This document shows positions 20,645 through 30,150 of a DNA stretch of 64,000 nt, piece after piece. Position 1 is the first letter of the stretch, and every line of letters begins with the position of its first letter. Made by a program: the position numbers and the translations under genes. The notes beneath the pieces were generated by a model. That model saw only the letters and a program-made list of their open reading frames with translations. It had not been told where the DNA came from and made no database searches. The stretch is taken from IMG/VR virus record IMGVR_UViG_3300005512_000001, positions 256,001 to 320,000 of that record, one strand, 5' to 3'. This stretch comes from a virus. Lineage: Duplodnaviria; Caudoviricetes.

Positions 20645-21081
20645 GAAGTGTTATGGTCGATAACCAATACCCACGAGTAGGAATTGCTAAACCAGGTAGC
20701 CAAGTCTATGAGCTTGTAATAAGTGATTTCTTACAAGTTTTATCGCCACCAAATCACTTTGAATTGTCGGAATTTGACCCGAACGATTACTTTGTCACTA
20801 GTGGCGATGCAGTACAGAAGACTAAATATTTATGTAAAGTCTTATGGTCATATGCTGGTGAAGTAAGAAGACAACTAAACAAAATGAAGCGGCCTGCTGC
20901 GGCTGACAAGAAGTTTGAAAAATTATGTTGGGGGCAGGCTGGGGCCGCACGTAAAATGTTGAATGCGTTGATTGCTGTTAGGGGAGAGGATGTATTTTTA
21001 GAAACAGAATGGAATGAGCACATGCTGATTGTGATACCAAAGAATCCTCGTGTGCGTAAAATCATGTTGAAAAATAAGTAG
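20641..21081 (+). CDS. Hypothetical protein
   Basis: Overlapping start codon. Confidence 0.6.
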   Translation: MRSVMVDNQYPRVGIAKPGSQVYELVISDFLQVLSPPNHFELSEFDPNDYFVTSGDAVQKTKYLCKVLWSYAGEVRRQLNKMKRPAAADKKFEKLCWGQAGAARKMLNALIAVRGEDVFLETEWNEHMLIVIPKNPRVRKIMLKNK

Positions 21082-21092
21082 TAGGTGGGCCG

Positions 21093-21566
21093 ATGAAATT
21101 ATGTATACTGGGGCATTCTGAATCAGGCAAAACAACAGCCGCAGAGATTTTAGCAGAGCTACTCGATACAAAATGTTTAAACACTTCTGACCAGCTAATA
21201 ATTGAATTAGCAGCAGCAATAGGCGTTCCTGCCGACAAAATAGCACGAAACAAAAAGCAGTATCGCACACAGTTATTTGATTACGGCAGAAGCAAGCAAT
21301 CCAAACATCCATCGTGGCCACAGGATATACAAATATTAGAAGCCGATATCTTGACAGGGCTGCGCAGCCCAGATGAGGTTAAAGCAGCTCGTGAGTGCTG
21401 CTTGTATGATTTGATTATTTGGATTGATAGGCCCGGATGCGAAGCCAATGAGACTGATAGATTAACGCCAGACCATGCTGATTTGACCATCAAAAACGAT
21501 GGGAGTATTGAAGATTTGAGAGCGCGATTAACAACACTACTATCCCAATTGCAATTGCAGAAATAA
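21093..21566 (+). CDS. P-loop nucleotide (dNMP-type) kinase
   Basis: GHSESGKTT; TGLRSPDE; IWIDR; ADLTIKNDGSIEDL. Confidence 0.75.
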   Translation: MKLCILGHSESGKTTAAEILAELLDTKCLNTSDQLIIELAAAIGVPADKIARNKKQYRTQLFDYGRSKQSKHPSWPQDIQILEADILTGLRSPDEVKAARECCLYDLIIWIDRPGCEANETDRLTPDHADLTIKNDGSIEDLRARLTTLLSQLQLQK

Positions 21567-21846
21567 TGAGTGCTTTGCGCCAATTTCTTGGATTTTCTGC
21601 CTCTGGTGTTTTTGCCTTGTTTATGTGCCGTCTGAGAATCTCTAATTTTGATTCAATCTTCTTGAGTCGTCTGAACTCGATATAATCAATTTTTGTTAGT
21701 TCTTTGACCACTAGGCCGGTTCGTGACAATTCTAATATTGCCATCTCATACCGATCGCTTTCGATGGCCCCCTCATAATACTTATCTATACCGTCATCTT
21801 TGTATTTAATGTCAGAACCATAAGCTTTCCATTTGAAGTAGGGCAT
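21490..21846 (-). CDS. Membrane-anchored protein resembling the N-terminal domain of PilC/GspF
   Basis: MPYFKWKAY..EGAIES...A..EL.RTGL.V..L followed by one TM helix. Confidence 0.55.
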   Translation of the reverse strand: MPYFKWKAYGSDIKYKDDGIDKYYEGAIESDRYEMAILELSRTGLVVKELTKIDYIEFRRLKKIESKLEILRRHINKAKTPEAENPRNWRKALIISAIAIGIVVLLIALSNLQYSHRF

Positions 21847-21863
21847 AATCTTCAAATACAGGA

Positions 21864-22391
21864 GTGGAAATGCAAGAGCAAAAGATGCCTAGAAAATTGC
21901 TAGCACAGTATGACCAAGATATTGAATGGAGATTGAGCTATGCGAAACTTGGTGATGTTGGTTTAGATTTACCGATTAGGGTTGCTGGGTCTGTAGTACA
22001 GCCTATCGAATTTAGTCACCTCATTAAACCTAATGGTGATGTTGATGACACCACACCATGGCTTGAGGTGCCGCCTGGTGGCTATGCCGAAATAGAGACT
22101 GGTGTGCGTGTAAAAGTTCCAGATGATGCGTGGGCTTTGATTACGGGTAGGTCTTCGACGGCCTGGAGACAGCGATTGGTTGTGGTGCAAGGCGTTATTG
22201 ACTCCGGTTATACTGGCTATCTCCGCACTCTTGTTTATAACCCAAGTAATATTATCAAACGTGTACATGAGGGCGATAGATTGGCCCAATTAATCGTTCT
22301 GAAAAAATACGAGCTTGATTGTATTGAAGCGGTTGATGAGCTGCCAGAAACTCAACGCGGAGACTCTGGTTTTGGTTCCACAGGAGCTTGA
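21864..22391 (+). CDS. dut: Trimeric dUTPase
   Basis: GLDL, GRSS, GVIDSGYTG, GDRLAQL, RGDSGFGSTG. Confidence 0.93.
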   Translation: MEMQEQKMPRKLLAQYDQDIEWRLSYAKLGDVGLDLPIRVAGSVVQPIEFSHLIKPNGDVDDTTPWLEVPPGGYAEIETGVRVKVPDDAWALITGRSSTAWRQRLVVVQGVIDSGYTGYLRTLVYNPSNIIKRVHEGDRLAQLIVLKKYELDCIEAVDELPETQRGDSGFGSTGA

Positions 22392-22392
22392 T

Positions 22393-22695
22393 ATGCAAGA
22401 AAAGAAATATATAGTACTATATGCTCGGGTTGTTGACGATAAAGAGATGGGTGCTATAATGACCGGCATATTTCTCGGTGGTGTTCGTGACACTGAGGAA
22501 GAGGCAGATGAACTAGCTACCAAATGTGTATCGGAGACGCAAGGTGGTATAATCATACCCAAAGTTGTCCGCATGAATACAGATAACCTATTAGATATGA
22601 TACATAATATCGAAGAACAGTTTGAGCAGATGGCCGATAGTATGTATGAGAACGAGAAGACCTATAATAATAGCAACAAAAAACACAGACTCTAG
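22393..22695 (+). CDS. Hypothetical protein
   Basis: ATG directly after dut with GGAG upstream. Confidence 0.55.
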   Translation: MQEKKYIVLYARVVDDKEMGAIMTGIFLGGVRDTEEEADELATKCVSETQGGIIIPKVVRMNTDNLLDMIHNIEEQFEQMADSMYENEKTYNNSNKKHRL

Positions 22696-24200
22696 CTCAA
22701 TTCTAACTGACCTTTTATAGCACATTTATGGCATTTATATTTATTGTTTTTGGAAATATTATTCCGATAAGATTTTAATTTGATTTTGTTGTGAGTACCA
22801 CACTCGCAGATTGCTTCTATTATTTTGTCCCAATTGATATTAGAATTTGTTCTATTGTTATAAATTCCTTTATTCCAGCTCTCTTTAATACTACATGAAT
22901 GACACATGTACCCGCCATGTTTATGTATTGCTCTTTGTAGGGCCTTATGGGACGCCTCAAATTCATTGCCGCATAATAGGCATTTAGTTTTAGGCGCAGT
23001 GGTTTTTACTTTTGGACGACATATTGGAGCATTTAACCAATATATAAATCGTTTTTTTGGCTCCGTATTTATTTTTGTTAAGCTATTTGCAATTGCATAA
23101 TCAGATTCTTTGGACCCCATTTTTGTAGCATAATCCCATATTGTCTTTTTATGGATTATGCATTTATTTCTATCGACATAATAATAAGACGGCCGCGTCT
23201 CTCCATCATATTCCCAATTAGAGGCTTTATAAATACTGCCAGAATACCCGAAGTGCGGGTCAGCAAACGAAACTAACAATGTAGCGTCACTTTCTTTTTT
23301 TAATAATTTGATTGTTTGGCTAATGGCCCAACTAGCTAGATTTTTAACGTGATATTTATCATGAATTGCAAACCTAGCTAGCTCCAGAATCTTAGATATG
23401 GGTTGCCCATGCTTCTTGCACACTGTGTTGTAGCTTGGGTGAGCATAGACTAATGATGCTATTAATAGGTTCGAATTATATACTCCATATATAAATTTTG
23501 AATTTTTTCTGAATTTAGGCAGATAATGGAAACGATGGAAAAATTCATTAGCTATCTGTATTGGAATCGTTTTGCATTCTAAATTATGTATATTTATTGT
23601 TATTTGTTTTATGTTTTTATCTGTTATTTTCCTGAGAAATTTTTCTATGGCTCCTTTTTTTATGGTTTCTAAATCATCGATATAATACAATTTGAGGCTT
23701 TGATAATTGTTGGATATAAATGCCTGCTTAGCTATGTCGCGAGATATGTTTTGGGGTTGAGAGTGCCAATATCTACCTTGTACTTCTAATAATATTTTAT
23801 AGTCTGCAAGATAAAAATCGAATATATATGGGCCAAATTCACACTGTTTTTTGTATCTAATATCTAATGATTGCAATACTGATTCTACAGCCAATTCGGG
23901 TTTAGTGTCTGAGATTGGTATTAAAGATTGTGGCAATTCTTTGCGTTTGCGTTTTTCCCAAACTTTTTTGCCATTTTCAGATGCTCGTTGCTTGTGTAAA
24001 TCAGATGAGAAGTAGGCTTTTCGTTTTTCGGCAGCTTGTTTAGTAAATAGTCCTCTCCCGCGATTGCGGGGCTTTTTAGCTGCCTCTATCATTTTATGGG
24101 ATGGGTTTTCCCATCGTTTACGTAATGATTTGGAAAGTTTGCATCTGCTGCAATTTTGGTTTTCCCCCTTAATTGCACCACATATACAAATATCTGACAT
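22692..24200 (-). CDS. DUF559/Vsr-like endonuclease fused to a Mom-like (GNAT) domain; probable homing-endonuclease element
   Basis: FDFYL..ILLEVQGRYWH; FFHRFHYL, ELARFAI, SFADP..GSIYKASNW; Cys-rich ends; AT-rich. Confidence 0.7.
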   Translation of the reverse strand: MSDICICGAIKGENQNCSRCKLSKSLRKRWENPSHKMIEAAKKPRNRGRGLFTKQAAEKRKAYFSSDLHKQRASENGKKVWEKRKRKELPQSLIPISDTKPELAVESVLQSLDIRYKKQCEFGPYIFDFYLADYKILLEVQGRYWHSQPQNISRDIAKQAFISNNYQSLKLYYIDDLETIKKGAIEKFLRKITDKNIKQITINIHNLECKTIPIQIANEFFHRFHYLPKFRKNSKFIYGVYNSNLLIASLVYAHPSYNTVCKKHGQPISKILELARFAIHDKYHVKNLASWAISQTIKLLKKESDATLLVSFADPHFGYSGSIYKASNWEYDGETRPSYYYVDRNKCIIHKKTIWDYATKMGSKESDYAIANSLTKINTEPKKRFIYWLNAPICRPKVKTTAPKTKCLLCGNEFEASHKALQRAIHKHGGYMCHSCSIKESWNKGIYNNRTNSNINWDKIIEAICECGTHNKIKLKSYRNNISKNNKYKCHKCAIKGQLELS

Positions 24201-24231
24201 AATAGAATCCTCTTCTATTATGTACTTTTGA

Positions 24232-26607
24232 CTAAGATAGTTCGAGTTGACCGAGGGAGAATTCTGAGAACTGATGTAGCTTTGACCTCAGAATTACTCT
24301 GCGTACTTTAGAACCTGGCCATAACCTCAAACCGAATTTGCCATACTTGACCACATCTGTGATTGTATAATATGGGTTGCCTGTATCTGCTGGCAACAAT
24401 AAGTTATTCCACCACATCCAGACCTGGCCCTCATTCACCATGATTTTCAGAACGTTGTAATATTCTACTGTAGAAACAACTCCGCCATTTAAGATATAGA
24501 ATCCGGATTCACTGGTGGTGATGCCTGATGTGGTTGTTTCAGCCTCACCGTTCTGCCAGTAAACTGAGCCATCTTCTGATGATGAAAAATCTTGTATAAA
24601 ATTATCTGCAATATCAGTTGGGCTAGTTGATTCTAAGTTGTATTCGGTTCCCATATCGAGCGTACCAACTATTGGCTGCATTTCGATATCATGGCTGTTT
24701 ATGTTGTGCCTAAACTGCAACCTAGCAGCAGTTGTGGTATATTCTTCATGGAGAATTTCTACGACTGTTCCGGCAGCTGGTAGCGGGTCATTTGTTGCCA
24801 GATAAATAGCAGCACCAGCACTACTTGGAAGTTTCGCGGCATATTGCACTGTCTGGCCATATGTAAATGAGCCATCAAACATCAGGACCTTGATTGCGCC
24901 CCTTGATGGTAGGTCATGCCAGTTCACACCCATCAATTGCACCCAGCTCATGCCGCTATATTGCCCGGTATTAAATGCACCTGTGTCTGTTATTGTTGCA
25001 TATTTTGTGTCTACTGTCGAAATCGGTGCTCTAAATAACACATCGACTGGTGGGAATAATACACCAGCGGTCGACTCAACCGGCCTGGAAAAATGGACCT
25101 CCATCAAGGCATTACGCAGACTTGCTCGGTGCCATATGAAAATTGGCCTTTGAATGTTAGACCCGTTATCGTCATCTACCACTTCTAAGTGCCTGCGGTC
25201 CGGGGTTGTACCAGCACCAACAGTGTTGACGATGGAAAAAGTATAATTCGCTTGCCCAGAAGCTGGTATCACACTATCTGGTTCGGTTCCGACGCCATCT
25301 GATACAAACACCAACATCGGGTCGTCCATATTAGTGACGCCCCATTCATTCGGGTCTATTAATGATATATCATTGACGCTATCGCTTGGCTCTGTTGGGG
25401 CAGAATCATCCTCTGGTCTGAGTTCGATTGTATTCCCAAATTCGACTGCACCTAGTGTTGCCCACAATCCATTTACGTTGATGGTTGTCTCTTTGCAGTA
25501 ATAGCAAGTAGTCGACCCACAATTTATAGACCACACATCAATGAATTGTCCTAGTGGCAATACAGTGCCAAGAGCGGAATCCAATATTAGCGTATCGTCA
25601 TCTAAGTCCCATTGGAGTACATTGGTTACAGTGAACTCATCACCTTTCACCGCCTGGCCTGTTATATCCCATAGCTTCGCTTTATATTGGTTTGTGGATA
25701 GAACACTTGAGGTGTAACCAGTGATCACACCCATCTGCTTTGTGATTGAGCTGCCTTTATATAGCAGGGCACCTAGCAGGCCAGGCTCAGAATCTCCACT
25801 TAACTTGAAGTCTATCCTATTGCCATCGTCATCGGTTCCGACGTACCACACGCATTCTGGAGTGCCAGTGGCACCTGGTGTGAATGCCCAACCAACGACA
25901 CCGACACCATTTTCATTGCGTTTTAGAACCACATCAACTTCTGCTTCATTTGCGCTAGTCATACCATCATCGTAGCGTTTGAAGATAAATGTTGGGTAGT
26001 CGCCTTTATTACCAAGCGTACTATATGTCGAATTTGGATTTATAACTGTAGATTCTGGGAATAGATATACTTTCAGCTCACCATATGAATTTATATTAGG
26101 AAGCTTGCCGCCACATGATGGCGGCCTTAATGCGTTGGCTTCAGTTTCATCTTGTATCCAATAGACTTGGAAACATTCCTCAGCAGCACAAGTGAAAGGT
26201 GCTGGGACATCAACAATAAATCGGATTACATTGCCGACGCGTTCTAGGCTTATGAATTCACTACCAGCTGCTAGTACAATATCGCCTTGCAACCATCCAC
26301 CATCGTCGGGGAATCCAGCCCCTTGGAATCCCAAGACGCCTAAGCGTGTGCCGACAATTTCATCTAACTTACATTTGTCGTTTGCCGACATTAATCCGGG
26401 AGTATTGCATGAAGCATCTGGAACCGGGTCTTGGCTTACGTGCGTTGCGCCATGAGTGTTGCTGGCGGTTATCAGGCTCTCTCTGATGTAGAACATCCGT
26501 TGCTGACTATCATATTGATATGTCAGATTGGTATTGTCTGGCCCCAGTATTTGAACCAGCTGGCCATCAATATAGGTGCTATATGGCTGAAGTTTGTTAT
26601 CTACCAT
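24232..26607 (-). CDS. Large virion structural protein
   Basis: 791 aa acidic; HGATH..GLMSANDKCKLD motif shared with the 15821 and 17461 proteins. Confidence 0.6.
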   Translation of the reverse strand: MVDNKLQPYSTYIDGQLVQILGPDNTNLTYQYDSQQRMFYIRESLITASNTHGATHVSQDPVPDASCNTPGLMSANDKCKLDEIVGTRLGVLGFQGAGFPDDGGWLQGDIVLAAGSEFISLERVGNVIRFIVDVPAPFTCAAEECFQVYWIQDETEANALRPPSCGGKLPNINSYGELKVYLFPESTVINPNSTYSTLGNKGDYPTFIFKRYDDGMTSANEAEVDVVLKRNENGVGVVGWAFTPGATGTPECVWYVGTDDDGNRIDFKLSGDSEPGLLGALLYKGSSITKQMGVITGYTSSVLSTNQYKAKLWDITGQAVKGDEFTVTNVLQWDLDDDTLILDSALGTVLPLGQFIDVWSINCGSTTCYYCKETTINVNGLWATLGAVEFGNTIELRPEDDSAPTEPSDSVNDISLIDPNEWGVTNMDDPMLVFVSDGVGTEPDSVIPASGQANYTFSIVNTVGAGTTPDRRHLEVVDDDNGSNIQRPIFIWHRASLRNALMEVHFSRPVESTAGVLFPPVDVLFRAPISTVDTKYATITDTGAFNTGQYSGMSWVQLMGVNWHDLPSRGAIKVLMFDGSFTYGQTVQYAAKLPSSAGAAIYLATNDPLPAAGTVVEILHEEYTTTAARLQFRHNINSHDIEMQPIVGTLDMGTEYNLESTSPTDIADNFIQDFSSSEDGSVYWQNGEAETTTSGITTSESGFYILNGGVVSTVEYYNVLKIMVNEGQVWMWWNNLLLPADTGNPYYTITDVVKYGKFGLRLWPGSKVRRVILRSKLHQFSEFSLGQLELS

Positions 26608-26646
26608 CAGTTATCTCCAAATTCCTATAATATTTTTGCAGAACTG

Positions 26647-27756
26647 CTATCCCAGATATATAAATAAATACTCTAACTTACGGTCTGACCGAATTGGCAA
26701 TATTTTAATTTTGATTGCTTTAGTGGGTTTGAGTACACTTGATAGCTGTTTGTGTTGTGTAGTTGGTACAAACACCAACATATCTTTGCATATGCTACGA
26801 AGATACTTAATTCTGTCTATCTGCAACTCTTTGAAATTGTTATCTACTACCAATAAATCGTGTGGTTTGGTAGATTTCACTACCTCTACGCCTATCCGAT
26901 TTATTAATTCTATTGGTGGTCTGGTGCCATTTAGAGTGGCATACTTGCACCCTAGCATCCACGAAGACAATATTTTCTCATGTAAATTTGGTGATGCGTC
27001 GACCAACACTCTGTGACGGTCGATATTGAATAGTTGTTTTATGACAATACCAAATATTGATGGGTCGTGCCATTTTGGGCCGTAGCCAGACCCGTATAAC
27101 ATTGAATGAATTGTGGTTATATTAAAATCCCATTTCTTTTTGCATAATAATTTTTGCAATGCCGAGAACAATATCTTGCTGTTTGAAAATGCGTTAGATA
27201 ATGTTTTGCGTTCGTCATCTCTATACATATGTGAGATATCGTAGTATTTTTCAATGATGGGCCTGCCAGGTCTGGGGTGTTTGCGGACTGCTGCATATAA
27301 ATCGACTATATTATGGAAATAAATATGATTTACGTTTGCCAGCCATTTTAATTCAGCATCTATCATGGACTCTGTAATATGCGGTTTTATGTAATCGCCG
27401 GAGATCAATATCTCTATAAGGTGTTGAATCAGCAGCTCTTTTTCTATATAACTTAAATCATTAATTCGGTTTCGTGGTATGTGGAAATATTTGGATAATT
27501 TTGATTCCTCGCCACTAAATGGACCCCATGTGAATTCATAGTCTAATTTTACTGGCCAATTGCATCGTTTATCGTCTTTCGAAATCTGGCTAGACCAAAT
27601 GCGGCGTTTTACATAATTGTATATATAACTCCTTTTAAACCCAGTATTATATTGGACCCTTATCCGGTCATTGTATAGATGCGCATATTTCACCGGACTT
27701 GCTTCTTGTAATTCACGGGCTAGTCTTCTAACCCAATATGGAAAGTTATAACTCAT
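26647..27756 (-). CDS. Degenerate DNA-methyltransferase-like protein
   Basis: C-terminal half appears collinear with the MTase domain of 39675..41552 but lacks motifs I and IV. Confidence 0.45.
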   Translation of the reverse strand: MSYNFPYWVRRLARELQEASPVKYAHLYNDRIRVQYNTGFKRSYIYNYVKRRIWSSQISKDDKRCNWPVKLDYEFTWGPFSGEESKLSKYFHIPRNRINDLSYIEKELLIQHLIEILISGDYIKPHITESMIDAELKWLANVNHIYFHNIVDLYAAVRKHPRPGRPIIEKYYDISHMYRDDERKTLSNAFSNSKILFSALQKLLCKKKWDFNITTIHSMLYGSGYGPKWHDPSIFGIVIKQLFNIDRHRVLVDASPNLHEKILSSWMLGCKYATLNGTRPPIELINRIGVEVVKSTKPHDLLVVDNNFKELQIDRIKYLRSICKDMLVFVPTTQHKQLSSVLKPTKAIKIKILPIRSDRKLEYLFIYLG

Positions 27757-28270
27757 TCAAGAGGTCTACTATTGATTGAGGAATAGGCGGTTCTTTTGTT
27801 TTATTTATTAGACGCCCGATTTTATGTCTTGAACAATTTAGCAATTTGCTCAATTGCCGCTTGCTGATTCCAAGCTCTTCATTGCATTTTAACAACCATT
27901 CTGGCTTCGTGTCCCAGTCATCTGGGATGTTAATATTTGGTAATGGTTTGCTGTCCGGTATATATAATGGCCTTCTTCTGGTGCTAGTGATGATACTGCC
28001 ATCTATCTCTGTTATAATTATTGGATTGACTCTAGCTTTGCGTATCCATTTTTTGATAGTGGCTTTTGTGCGGCCAGCTATCTGGCAATGCTCGTGCAAT
28101 GTTAATTCTGGATACTCTTCAAACCATTGTCTTAATTTTAATGGGTCTGAAGTATCTACAGAATCAAAAATTTTTTGAAATTCTATTAATTCGTCGTGAT
28201 CCATTGTTATATATATATATATACAAGAAGCGTTAGTTCTAATTAGATTTGTGAATATAAAATTAACCAC
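27746..28270 (-). CDS. Putative HTH DNA-binding protein
   Basis: GISKRQLSKLLNCSRHKIGRLI and a second HTH-like segment. Confidence 0.5.
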   Translation of the reverse strand: MVNFIFTNLIRTNASCIYIYITMDHDELIEFQKIFDSVDTSDPLKLRQWFEEYPELTLHEHCQIAGRTKATIKKWIRKARVNPIIITEIDGSIITSTRRRPLYIPDSKPLPNINIPDDWDTKPEWLLKCNEELGISKRQLSKLLNCSRHKIGRLINKTKEPPIPQSIVDLLNEL

Positions 28271-28417
28271 AATAATAATTTAGGAATATTAATCAAAGAT
28301 ACGATATATTGTGTGATTGTGTAAATTAGGGTAGATAAAAAGAGCTGCTGCTAAGGCTTAGCGATATTTTAATAAGGACTCCTAATAATTAATCATAAAT
28401 ATGATGAGGTAAACTAA

Positions 28418-28891
28418 ATGGCCACTCATAAATCTAAGAATTATATTTTTATAGACCCTCTATGTGAATCTGATGATGTGTTTGAAGAATGTAATTTAAT
28501 GCAGTTAGAATCAGGCACTGCGATTTGCAAAGGTAAGACTGGATTAATATTTAGAGAATGTAATCTAACAAATGCTGTAGTTCCTGAAGGTTCTACTGTT
28601 ATAGGATGTAAGGTCAGTGACGCCGAATTTTGCTCCCACAAGCATCCAAAATGGGTTGATAAATTTGGGCTTACACGATGTAATATTCTTTGCGACCATC
28701 GGCAAGGCGATGAAAAGCAGTGGGTTGATGTTCCAAGGAAGCGATTCCGCATTTCGAAGAACCAAATAGATGGGCCAGTAACTCGCATAGTTCAAGAAAC
28801 TGATGCTGACGGTGTTGTAGAGCAGGTCTTCCAGGCCAGGTTGTGGGTTTACGAAGATACGCGCATTCGCAGGAAGGATGCTACTAAATGA
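28418..28891 (+). CDS. Hypothetical Cys/His-containing protein
   Basis: GAGG RBS; overlaps next gene. Confidence 0.6.
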   Translation: MATHKSKNYIFIDPLCESDDVFEECNLMQLESGTAICKGKTGLIFRECNLTNAVVPEGSTVIGCKVSDAEFCSHKHPKWVDKFGLTRCNILCDHRQGDEKQWVDVPRKRFRISKNQIDGPVTRIVQETDADGVVEQVFQARLWVYEDTRIRRKDATK

Positions 28892-30150
28892 CCACTTATT
28901 TTTGTGATTTAGGACAAAATTCGTTTGTTGATTCCACAGGCGACCCGGATGGAGATGGTAGCGCCAACTATTATACCGGGCCAGGTGGTTTTTTGCAGTC
29001 GCTTACAGGATTCGGCAATGGCACTCAACTTGCTGCAGGAGATATCCTATACATCAAAGGAACTGGTTACATCGCCAGATTAGTAAAGATTGTAACTGGA
29101 AGCAGCCATGCCACTTGGGCGGCTGGAGATACAGTTCATGATACGCCATCGACGCCGGATTGGCAAGGCGATATTATTTGGGCGGAAAGCGACACAACGT
29201 TTTGGGTGTGGCTTGATGGGGCGTACTTGTGGAATGACATTGATGACGCCGATGGCATAACCAATGACGATAGAGGTGCCGACCCTACTGATGCTGTAAT
29301 GACTTCGACATGCTACGGCATTGAATTTCCAACTCTCTCCGGCGATACGACTGATGGGTGGATAAAATTTGTAGGTGTGAATAGTAGTTGGGCAGATGAT
29401 GGAACTTATGCTGTGTTGGATGGTGAAGATGAGGCAGACCACTGCTTACATATGGAATCTGGCGTTACAAACGATATGTTGTGGTTTGAGAACATACGCA
29501 CTACCCGCGCCGGTACTGGTTGGTATTTCCGTGGTTCTGCTAATTCCAATAATATAGTTATGCATTGCAAGTCTGATTTATGTTTTTATGGCACCGACTT
29601 TTACCGAGCCGCTGAACTAACGTGTTTGAATTTTGTCTGTACGGGGAGTACATCGGATGGTATGAGTGAAGGAATTTATGGGTATGATTCAATCTATGCT
29701 TTTTGTAAATCACACAATAATGGTGGCGTAGGGATTGGTGGGAGTTCTTCCCGATTGGCGTTTTATGGTTGCTTGTGTTATGAGAATGTCGATAATTACG
29801 AATGTGATAATGGCTTATTCCTTAATTGTGTAGCTGATGGCGCAACATCAGATGGTATTGACCAACAAGGCGCAGATGTGCTTAGAACAATAGGTTGTAG
29901 AATAACAAACAGTACTGCGTGGGGAGTTGAATTTGCGACTACAGCCTCCATGCTCATCTCTGCATATAGCTATTTCGGCGGCAATAATGGAGTTGGAGAC
30001 GATATAGATGGGATGTATGCTGATGTAGTTGGCAACACATTCGATGGGTCTGAAACCGACCACGGGTATGTTGATTCAGCTAGTGATGATTACAACCTTG
30101 ATAGCGATGAAGCTGCGGGTTACGCAGTGGCAATTGATTTGGATGCATAA
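28888..30150 (+). CDS. Right-handed beta-helix (pectate-lyase-like) protein
   Basis: LAAGDILYIKG lead-in; repeated N/C...G beta-helix rungs; YVDSASDDYNL. Confidence 0.65.
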   Translation: MTTYFCDLGQNSFVDSTGDPDGDGSANYYTGPGGFLQSLTGFGNGTQLAAGDILYIKGTGYIARLVKIVTGSSHATWAAGDTVHDTPSTPDWQGDIIWAESDTTFWVWLDGAYLWNDIDDADGITNDDRGADPTDAVMTSTCYGIEFPTLSGDTTDGWIKFVGVNSSWADDGTYAVLDGEDEADHCLHMESGVTNDMLWFENIRTTRAGTGWYFRGSANSNNIVMHCKSDLCFYGTDFYRAAELTCLNFVCTGSTSDGMSEGIYGYDSIYAFCKSHNNGGVGIGGSSSRLAFYGCLCYENVDNYECDNGLFLNCVADGATSDGIDQQGADVLRTIGCRITNSTAWGVEFATTASMLISAYSYFGGNNGVGDDIDGMYADVVGNTFDGSETDHGYVDSASDDYNLDSDEAAGYAVAIDLDA

